In this document: positions 18,942-27,300 of the stretch, piece by piece | Layout of the letters: each line of letters begins with the position of its first letter | How positions within the stretch are numbered: position 1 is the stretch's first letter | Assembly: GCA_903889425.1 (NCBI GenBank) | Contig: CAISXI010000325.1 | Span: 1 to 44,211 of the forward strand | Direction of reading: 5' to 3' | DNA length: 44,211 nt | From: an uncultured Roseiflexaceae bacterium | GTDB taxonomy: Bacteria > Chloroflexota > Chloroflexia > Chloroflexales > Roseiflexaceae | Made by a program: the position numbers and the translations under genes | Notes under the pieces: model-generated | Databases searched by the model: none | What the model saw: only the letters and a program-made list of their open reading frames with translations | Told to the model about the DNA's origin: nothing

Positions 18942-19778
18942 TTAGTGGTAGTATGTGTGACCGGCAAATTGATACCAAAACGGCGAGACGTGGGATTGGG
19001 TGGGATTGATATCCGGTATGGCAAAATCAATCACAGCCAGTCCCCGTGGATTGATCGTGGTCAAGGTTTGGGCAAATAACTGGGCAAGCAATTCGGCATC
19101 ACTCTGCATCGAAATGTTTACGACCAGCACATTGGCACCCAACCCACTAGCCGTCTGAATGACGTGAGTAAACCAACGCTGAAATTTGCCCGGGTCAATG
19201 TGCAGAAACGGTCCTAGCCGCTGCGGATAATTGAATTGCGTGGTAATTGCATCGACATACCACGGCCGTGCCAGTAAATCACCCACATCAGTGCGAAATA
19301 CCGGCAATTGTGGGGTGACTACGAGCGCATCATCAGCATTTTCACGTTGGCGATACAAGCCGTTTTGGATGACACAATCGGCAATCCCTGATGCAAACAA
19401 TAACGCGTTGTCCGGCATGCGGGCAGCAATAGTCGCAGGATGGCACAACCACAACGGCGTAGCATTGACCAAGGCCACACGGTAGCCACGCCGATACCAG
19501 GCCGCGGCCACGGTCAATGCGGTCTGATTGTGGACCATTGTGACTGTTTGTGGGAAAGAACGCCGTGGCGACAACAATGCATCCACAGGGATCCGGCGCG
19601 TAGTAGCCCGCGTTTGGGCATGCGCCTGTGCAATCGAAACGGTGGCTTGATTGGCGGTCATATACCATCCCCGTGCGACGATTTCTTGCGTGGCAAATAC
19701 CAAGCGTTGTTGCACAGTAGAGTGTATGTTGATCGAATCAACGTCAAGCGGGGGCAAATGAAGTGCAGGAACATTCAT
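18942..19778 (-). CDS. Degenerate second TIGR02452/PARG-like paralogue (catalytic and phosphate-binding loops lost)
   Basis: GAGGG RBS before ATG 19778. Shares ATQxI..RG.Y, VHNQTAL, RRGYRVA, TPxxPVFR...GDLL, ANVL and IDFAIPDI with 17004-17882, but lacks GGG..QE and GAWGxGxFG. Confidence 0.8.
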   Translation of the reverse strand: MNVPALHLPPLDVDSINIHSTVQQRLVFATQEIVARGWYMTANQATVSIAQAHAQTRATTRRIPVDALLSPRRSFPQTVTMVHNQTALTVAAAWYRRGYRVALVNATPLWLCHPATIAARMPDNALLFASGIADCVIQNGLYRQRENADDALVVTPQLPVFRTDVGDLLARPWYVDAITTQFNYPQRLGPFLHIDPGKFQRWFTHVIQTASGLGANVLVVNISMQSDAELLAQLFAQTLTTINPRGLAVIDFAIPDINPTQSHVSPFWYQFAGHTYYH

Positions 19779-19960
19779 ATCACAGCCCTCATATTCAGTA
19801 ATTTCCCAAACCATTTTCAATTTCTGGGCATATCTTGTTTTAGCACGGAAAAAACGAATTATTTTCGGCATTTTTGACGAATTAGGATAATAGTTATGCT
19901 CAGGTGCCAATGATAGCAACACACCGCGATAAACAGCGTGCGCCGTAATATCAGGGAATA

Positions 19961-19994
19961 AGCGAAAGGAGCCGGTACACCGGCTCCTTTCGCT
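19961..19994 (-). terminator. Hairpin terminator downstream of the fasciclin gene
   Basis: agcgaaaggagccggt-ac-accggctcctttcgct, about 35 nt after the fasciclin stop. Confidence 0.75.
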
Positions 19995-20028
19995 CACAAA
20001 CCATTAAGATAACACTAACGAGTGCTAT

Positions 20029-21423
20029 TTATTCTGGCAACAGCACAGTGTCGATTACGTGAATCACGCCGTTGGTGGTCATGACGTCAGTAATGATTAC
20101 TTGGACGTTTTTGTTCAGGTACACTTTGCCATCTTTGACCGAAATGGCGATCGATTTACCAGCGAAGGCAGTGTCTGCCATCTTGCCATCGAGGGTAACC
20201 ACATCGGCGGCCATCACGTTGCCTGAGACTACGTGGTAAAGCAACACATTCTTGAGGGTCTCGAGGTTCTCTGGCTTGAGCAGGTTTTCGACGGTGCCAG
20301 CGGGCAATTTGGCGAAAGCCTCGTCAGTTGGCGCGAAAACGGTAAAGGGTCCTTCGCCTTTGAGGGTATCTACCAGCCCAGCAGCCGTCACCGCAGCTAC
20401 CAAGGTAGTGAAGCGACCATCGGCTACTGCGGTATCAACGATGTCCGCAAGCTTGGCTGGGGGCAACAATACCGTATCGATTACGTGGATCACACCGTTG
20501 GTGGTCACGATGTCGGTGATAATTACTTGCACGTTTTCGTTCAAGAAAACATTACCATCTTTTACCGAAATGTTGACGGCGCTGCCAGCAACAGTGTCGG
20601 CCGTTTTGCCATCGAGGGTGACCACATCAGCTGCCATCACGTTGCCTGAGACTACGTGGTAAAGCAAGACGTTCTTGAGGGTCTCGAGGTTCTCGGGCTT
20701 GAGCAAGTTTTCGACGGTGCCAGCGGGCAATTTGGCGAAGGCTTCGTCGGTAGGAGCAAAGACGGTGAAGGGTCCGGCGCCTTTGAGGGTATCGACCAAA
20801 CCGGCGGCCGTTACTGCAGCCACTAAGGTGGTGAAGCGACCATCGGCTACTGCGGTATCAACGATATCCGCAAGCTTGGCTGGGGGCAACAATACCGTAT
20901 CGATTACGTGAATCACGCCATTGCTGGTCACGATGTCGGTGATAATCACTTGCACATTTTCGTTCAAGAAAACGTTGCCGTCCTTTACCGAAATGTTGAC
21001 GGCGCTGCCAGCAACAGTGTCGGCCGTTTTGCCATCAAGGGTGACCACATCGGCGGCCATGACATTACCAGCGACTACGTGGTAAAGCAACACATTCTTG
21101 AGGGTCTCGAGGTTCTCCGGCTTGAGCAAGTTTTCGACGGTGCCAGCGGGTAATTTGGCGAAGGCTTCATCAGTAGGAGCAAAGACGGTGAAGGGGCCAG
21201 CACCTTTGAGGGTGTCTACTAGCCCGGCGGCCGTTACAGCCGTCACCAGGGTGGTGAAACGACCATCTGCTACAGCGGTGTCAACGATATCCATGGCAGC
21301 GGGGACAGCAGTAGCAGGAACGACTGTTGCCGTAGGTGCGGCGGCAGGGGCGGCGCCACAAGCGGCCAAAACAAGCGAAGTGAACAACAATACGAACAGC
21401 GAACCAATTTGCAAACGTTTCAA
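20029..21423 (-). CDS. Fasciclin (FAS1) domain lipoprotein, three tandem domains
   Basis: TTG start with GGAG RBS; lipobox LAAC; three copies of [50 protein letters not shown]. Confidence 0.96.
   Translation of the reverse strand: MKRLQIGSLFVLLFTSLVLAACGAAPAAAPTATVVPATAVPAAMDIVDTAVADGRFTTLVTAVTAAGLVDTLKGAGPFTVFAPTDEAFAKLPAGTVENLLKPENLETLKNVLLYHVVAGNVMAADVVTLDGKTADTVAGSAVNISVKDGNVFLNENVQVIITDIVTSNGVIHVIDTVLLPPAKLADIVDTAVADGRFTTLVAAVTAAGLVDTLKGAGPFTVFAPTDEAFAKLPAGTVENLLKPENLETLKNVLLYHVVSGNVMAADVVTLDGKTADTVAGSAVNISVKDGNVFLNENVQVIITDIVTTNGVIHVIDTVLLPPAKLADIVDTAVADGRFTTLVAAVTAAGLVDTLKGEGPFTVFAPTDEAFAKLPAGTVENLLKPENLETLKNVLLYHVVSGNVMAADVVTLDGKMADTAFAGKSIAISVKDGKVYLNKNVQVIITDVMTTNGVIHVIDTVLLPE
20035..21295 (-). 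repeat. Three near-identical ~423-bp intragenic repeats (FAS1 units)
   Basis: gcaagcttggctgggggcaacaataccgtatcgattacgtg occurs at 20447 and 20870 (period 423). Confidence 0.92.
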
Positions 21424-21511
21424 CGCAGCTCCATTTCATCCGGGTGATTATTTACCCAAGACTAACAATACTTGTACATACTTCATAAAATTTATCGTAC
21501 ATACATTAGTA

Positions 21512-21539
21512 ACTATATGCAAAAAGTGTATATAGTCAA
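21512..21539 (-). promoter_or_regulatory. Sigma70-like promoter for the fasciclin gene
   Basis: Minus strand TTGACT-16 nt-TATAGT about 90 nt upstream of the start codon. Confidence 0.55.
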
Positions 21540-22004
21540 GCGTTTTTGGGCTCTATAATCAAACGCTCATGCAGTGATAAACATGGTTAAGGATATTGTT
21601 CTCACCAAAAAACAGGTGCATTCCCTGTCATTTTGGAGAAACGGTAGCAAAGAAATAAATGTATTCAGGCTGTTTTGAACGGCTATAGTAACAAAAAATC
21701 TGTGCTTGCGGTAGCATTTTTATTAATTGTCTAGTTACCACAACCAACATTGAAAGAAAAAAGTGTATCAAAATTGTATTCATAAACAGTTTTTATTCTC
21801 ATCGCATAATCATCATATACTAAGCAAAGTAGACAGTTCACTTTGCGAATGCGCCCCCTCAATTACCTCATCTAATCGAAAACGAACATCATACGCGGTC
21901 ATCGGCGTACGCGTGCGACCGCTACTGTTATCACAGGAATGTCGGTGTACGTGCGAGCACGGGGTTACGTCATGCGGTGTAATCGTTATACCGTAGCCAC
22001 AAAA

Positions 22005-24269
22005 TTACAATTTGACCCACCAAGGCACTAACGAGGGTGGCGCCTTGCGTTTGGATTTACTGGTAGTGCTGTTACGTACTGGCGCCGGCCAATCACGTAT
22101 TTGCGGGTCGTTGATTATGTCATCTAACTGAGGTTGATTGGGTAAATAGTGTGTGAGTTGTTGGCGCAATACCGGCGATGCTCCATTGCGGATCAATGAA
22201 TCGTGTAGGTTGCCCAACGGCTTGCCACGATGGGCTGCCACCACATGATGCATGATGGCCACTGTCGGTTTAAGGTGCATTTCTTCGACAAAGCGCGATA
22301 CTTCGGGGATGGTGCTATTGGCTAGATCACCGGCGCGCGGACTGAGCGACACGCCGATATAGACTTCGCGCTTGGCGCGGGTGATGGCCACATAAAACAA
22401 CCGCCGTTCGGTTTCGACTACGCTCCCGCCGCGGGTGGGCGGCGTAGCGCTCTTGGTTTTGTCCCATACCGTCAATTCTTCGCTGAGTAACACGGGCATA
22501 TAGCCTTCGTGGGCGCGTGGGATAAATACATAGTCGTATTCGAGGCCTTTGGTGCGGTAAATGGTGGTAAACAATATTTGGTGCTCGAGTGGTGCACTAA
22601 AAGTATGATCAAGCCCTGCAAAATGGGTCACAAAATCACCGACAGCTAGCCCAGTACCCCGCGCATAGCCGATGAATTGATTGACACAATTAATGCGATC
22701 ACTTGAATCAGCGCCATTACCATAATAATTATGGAAATGTTCCATGTAATTAGTGCTATCGACGATGATTTGCAAGGCCTGATGGGCCGGCTGGGAGGTA
22801 CGCCACAATTCATCCACCCGCATCAATACGGTGATGAGTTGACTAATCCGCTCGCGACCAGGGCGGTTGAGTGGCGATTGAGTAGGATTGGTGAGACCAT
22901 GGAGTAATTCCCCCAGTGACATGCCATAGCGTTGGGCATCAGTGAGTGATTTTCTGATGGTATCGAGGGCCAAATAACGGTTGGGCAGGTTGATAATCGC
23001 CATCAGCACCCGGCCGATTTGCTCATCGACCAAATCGTGCCATTGTTGGCCAGCCTTGAGGTAATCGACCAAAGTAGCAATTTCACGCCGCTCAAAAAAG
23101 GGTTTTCGCCCCAACACACGATAAGGAATTTTGCGGGCGAGGCAGGCGGCTTCGAGCCCTTGCAATTGACTAAACGCCCGCCCCAGCACTACCACTTGGC
23201 TGGGGTCTTGGGTGCGTTGCACCAATGTCACTAACTGGTTACACAGCATGGTGTCGAGTTCGCTGGTTTGTTCGGCCTGCTCATGCACCATAAAGACATC
23301 AGTGTGATGCAACACATTATGTGCAGTAAGCGGTTTGGCGACTCGACTGCCGTTGCGACTAATCACGTTGAGGGCAACTTGGGCGAGGAGCGGCCCAAAC
23401 CGGAATGAATGTGACAAGGTGTAGTCGATGACTTGCTTGCCAAACACCTGACCCGTCATGGTCTGCAACATATAATCGGGGCGAGCACCACGCCACTCGT
23501 AGATAGTCTGATCATCGTCACCCACCACCATTACATCGGTATGGGGATTGACGAGGAGCTCGATGAGGCGTTGTTGGCCGGCATTGACGTCTTGGTATTC
23601 ATCGACAATCACGTAGCGCAGATGACTGGTGATTTGATGACGAAACAAGGGGAAGTCGGTGAGAAGCGACACTACAATCGGCACAAAATCATCAAACCCA
23701 ACAGCATGGCGTTTGTGTCGCTCGGCTTCAAAACGGATATAGACATCGACCAAGCCCGGTTCGCCGCTACTGGTGGCATGGTCGCGGTCGGGAGGGATGA
23801 GTTCACCCTTCCAGAGTCCGATGGCCATCAGCGCCATTTCAGCGTCGATGGTATTGAGAGGCAACACGCCTTCTTTTTCGAGGGCTTGGATTGTGCGATT
23901 GGCGAGGATACGACCCATCTCGCTGTCGTCAGCGGTCCACAATTCTTGGGGTTCGGGCATCAGTCCCACTTCGACGGCCCGGCGCATGATTTTGAAAGCA
24001 AACGAGTGAAATGTGTCGACACCGGGGTGTGTCGACTGATCAATACCGATATCGAGAAGCTTGGTGGTAAATTGTTGGCGCGCCAGCACGTTGAACATCA
24101 CGATTTGGATAGCGTGGCGTGACGTACCAGATTGAAGTAGTTGATTGACCCGATGCGCCATGGTGGTGGTTTTGCCAGAGCCAGCCACCGCCAACACCCG
24201 GGCATGGAAGCCAGTGGGATGAGCGACGACGGCCTGTTGTTCGGAGGTGAGTTGGTGCATACTATTCAT
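22005..24269 (-). CDS. UvrD/Rep/PcrA-family (SF1) ATP-dependent DNA helicase
   Basis: LTSEQQ (Q motif), AVAGSGKTT, TFHSF, VDEYQD, VGDDDQTIYEWRGA, LSHSFRF, TIYRTKGLEYD, ERRLFYVAITRAK. Confidence 0.95.
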   Translation of the reverse strand: MNSMHQLTSEQQAVVAHPTGFHARVLAVAGSGKTTTMAHRVNQLLQSGTSRHAIQIVMFNVLARQQFTTKLLDIGIDQSTHPGVDTFHSFAFKIMRRAVEVGLMPEPQELWTADDSEMGRILANRTIQALEKEGVLPLNTIDAEMALMAIGLWKGELIPPDRDHATSSGEPGLVDVYIRFEAERHKRHAVGFDDFVPIVVSLLTDFPLFRHQITSHLRYVIVDEYQDVNAGQQRLIELLVNPHTDVMVVGDDDQTIYEWRGARPDYMLQTMTGQVFGKQVIDYTLSHSFRFGPLLAQVALNVISRNGSRVAKPLTAHNVLHHTDVFMVHEQAEQTSELDTMLCNQLVTLVQRTQDPSQVVVLGRAFSQLQGLEAACLARKIPYRVLGRKPFFERREIATLVDYLKAGQQWHDLVDEQIGRVLMAIINLPNRYLALDTIRKSLTDAQRYGMSLGELLHGLTNPTQSPLNRPGRERISQLITVLMRVDELWRTSQPAHQALQIIVDSTNYMEHFHNYYGNGADSSDRINCVNQFIGYARGTGLAVGDFVTHFAGLDHTFSAPLEHQILFTTIYRTKGLEYDYVFIPRAHEGYMPVLLSEELTVWDKTKSATPPTRGGSVVETERRLFYVAITRAKREVYIGVSLSPRAGDLANSTIPEVSRFVEEMHLKPTVAIMHHVVAAHRGKPLGNLHDSLIRNGASPVLRQQLTHYLPNQPQLDDIINDPQIRDWPAPVRNSTTSKSKRKAPPSLVPWWVKL

Positions 24270-24342
24270 GGATTAATCATAGCATGGAGGGGAGGTTTTT
24301 TCAGGGGGAGTAGGGAGAAAAAACAGACAAACAAGCATAATC

Positions 24343-24380
24343 ACGTCCCCCACCGCTGACTATCAGCAAGTGGGGGACGT
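24343..24380 (-). terminator. Imperfect hairpin terminator after the 1624-aa surface protein
   Basis: acgtcccccac-c-gctga-cta-tcagc-aa-gtgggggacgt, with an A-rich tract to the left (U-rich on the minus strand). Confidence 0.65.
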
Positions 24381-24395
24381 AACATGTAGTTTTCA

Positions 24396-27300
24396 CTAGC
24401 GGTGGTAAAAGGAGGAAAGATCCGGCCAAATCACGTTACTGACTTGTGCTTGGGCGGATTTTGGCAGCGGGTATGGGGTAGCTGATCTGGTTGGGGTTGA
24501 TGGTATCGGATACGCGGTCACCGTCCTCGTGGAGGTCTTGGTGGCAGTTGGCGCTGACTGGGTCAATACAATACTCGTCTGGCTAGCCCGTACTGCAAAC
24601 CATGTAGCAGTCAACGTCTGCACATAGAATGTCGGGCTTTTGCGAAACAATGCAGTCGCTGTTTTGGCGATAGCAGAGCGGGTAATCATCAATGGCGTGC
24701 GCGTAATCGATGGCGTATTTGTTTCACCATTATTCGGGGTAACCGTATACGTAATCGTAGCAGTCAAGGTTTGTGTAGCCGTCTGCGTTGCTGTGGCAGT
24801 ATTTGTACGGGTATTTGTCGGCGTACTCGTATTGGTCGCCGTATTACTCGTTGTCGGGGTATTACTGGGCGTCAGTGTATTGCTGGGCGTCAGCGTTTTG
24901 CTCGGTGTCAGCGTTTTACTGGGCGTCAGCGTTTTACTTGGTGTCAGCGTTTTACTTGGTGTCAGCGTTTTGCTGGGCGTCAAACTCGGAGTCAACGTCA
25001 TCGTGCCGGGCAGATAGGCGACAACTATTGTTAGCGTGGCCGGAATACGGGTTTTGGTTTGCCACGTGGCCGTTTTGGTGGCAGTCAATGTCACCGTAAA
25101 CGTCGGTGATTTTGTGAGCGTGGCACTGGTCGTAGCGGTCAATACCACACTACTCGGATTGGTGTTGTTGTACAGCATCCCAATTGTGGCATGTGATAAC
25201 GGCGCTGCATAAAGGAGCAAATCATCGAGTTGACCTTTGAAGCCACTCCCCGCTTCTGGTGCGCGTCCCACAAACAGGGTGCCACTATCACTGTAGGTGG
25301 CGGTGATTATTTGCGGGGTTTGGGCGTCTACTGACAGACCTAATTTGCCAGCAATTTTATCAAACCGACAGACATAGAAATGCCAATTGGTGTCACTCGC
25401 AATGCTCCCATTGATCTTTGTAGCTCCAATTGCACAGTATGGCTTATTATCACTATTAAAGCCGGCAGTAAAGCGTTTGGCTGCGGTCGTCCCGTGTACG
25501 ACTACGATATTGTTGCTACTATCGCTGCGTTTAGCCCAATATGCCACCGTAAAGCCGTTGGTGAATAGTGGGTTTTCACTCAGTTGCATTTGTTCGGTGC
25601 CGGTAAAGACCAATGCTTCGTCGTCATGACTGCCAATCACTACTTCCCCACATGCATTGGTGCCGGTACAGAGTAAGCGGGTACGATTGGGGGCCAGGCT
25701 TTGGAACGCAATATTATCGAAATTCACATCAACGATCCGATCCCCAGTAGGCAGATTGGTACCGTCTTGGAGTTGGCTATCGGTCAATGCAACTTTGTGG
25801 ATGACGATGTCATCGAGGCTCCCTACCAAACCACTGGCATTGTCATTGCGCCGCCCAATCACGACTGGTGCCGCAACACCACTAAATGAGGCGCTAGCGA
25901 CATCACTCGCAACAACGATGCCATCACGATAAAGCTTGCGGACTAAGCTTGTTTTATCAAAGGTACAGGCGTAGTGGTGCCAATTATTATCGGTATACCA
26001 GCTGGTAGTGCGGAGATCATTACCATAAAAGCTACAGTAGATACGATTTTCGGTATCCATACCCATCGTAAAATATTTACTTTGGGCAAAGGTAGTACCG
26101 ATACTCAGCGCAACATCATTGGTATTGACCCGGTCACGCCGCATCCAATAGCTTACCGTAAAGGATGTCCCCGTCAAATTAATCGTCCCTGTACTATTGA
26201 GCTCATCGCCACTTGTGTCGTTAAATCGGGCAGCCCGCTTGCGCATACCATTGGGGTCGCTTTGCGGGCACGCAGTGCTGGCCGCACAGGTATATGGGCC
26301 AGCGGCGCCTGTGTATTGCGTGACCAAGGCACGGTCATTCATGCTAAACCAACCAATTTGGTTTGCCACAATGGCCGCATCACTCGGTCGCATCGTCAGG
26401 GTTGGAATCAGCTGCGGGGACTGGGTGGGGATGCGTGTAGGCATAGTAGTACCTACGACTGGCACATCCTTGGTCAGCGCCACAACGATACCTGCGCCGG
26501 CACGGATTGCTACCACATTGCGGTTGGCATTCAAGGTAGCGAGTTGACTACTCGTCCCACTCGGCACATCCCCCCATGCCACGAGCGTCCCATCGTCACG
26601 TAGGGCAATACTCGATTGGTCACCGGCGGCAATTGCAACGACACGCGACTGTGCGAGGTACGGCACATCGGCTTGACCGCTGTCGTGTTGCTCGGCACCC
26701 CAGGCCACGACCCGACCGTCACCACGTAGCGCGAGCGCGTGGTAGCGACCAGCAGCGATTTCGACTACTCCACTTGCCAGATTGGGGGGAGTCAACAATC
26801 CTTCATCGTTCGAGTTGGCCCATACTTGGACCAGCCCATCGTCACGGAGTGTTACCGCGAAATCTGGACCGGCGGCAATATGGCGAACCATTGCTGGCGA
26901 GGTGATAGCAAAGCGATTTGACCACACCTTACCGTCACCCCGCAACAGGACGATATGGCCATCATTAGCGCGTAATTCATTGATATTGCGGGCAAAGGAA
27001 GGAGGGATGACTGGGGCATTTGTCCCCCACGCAATCACGGTATGATCGCGTTTGAGGACAGCACCAAATTCATCACCAAGTGCAACAGCCTGGACATTCA
27101 CCGTCACCGATACTGGCAATGTTTGCCCTGAAATACTTGCCGATTCATTGAGGGTTAATGAGTTGTCGTTATGCACAATGGCAATCGTATCGGTCGTCAC
27201 TGCCACATCACTGATATCGGTCGCACTTAAGGCAGGAATATCTCCCAGTGGCCAGGTACTATTGCCGTCATAAGTTGGCAATGTGCCAAATACTGGCAAA

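Noticed and set aside
19779..19997. N-terminal extension of the second PARG-like ORF in the track
   Set aside because: It runs through a terminator hairpin and AT-rich intergenic DNA; the RBS and paralogue alignment favour ATG 19778
21470..21540. CarH/LitR-type operator upstream of fasciclin
   Set aside because: TnnACA-like words occur but not in a clean 11-bp tandem phase; the evidence is insufficient
22005..24269. UvrD helicase as part of a Gabija-like or other defence system
   Set aside because: No adjacent OLD/TOPRIM nuclease or partner gene; it is a full-length stand-alone SF1 helicase separated from the HEPN cluster by the fasciclin gene and a terminator
9475..24380. The several long hairpins as a REP/MITE family
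   Set aside because: They share no sequence with each other, and all except the 17953 palindrome sit at gene 3' ends as terminators would
11630..24980. Short repeats (11630-11905, 24856-24980) as CRISPR arrays
   Set aside because: They are in-frame coding repeats without unique spacers, and there are no cas genes
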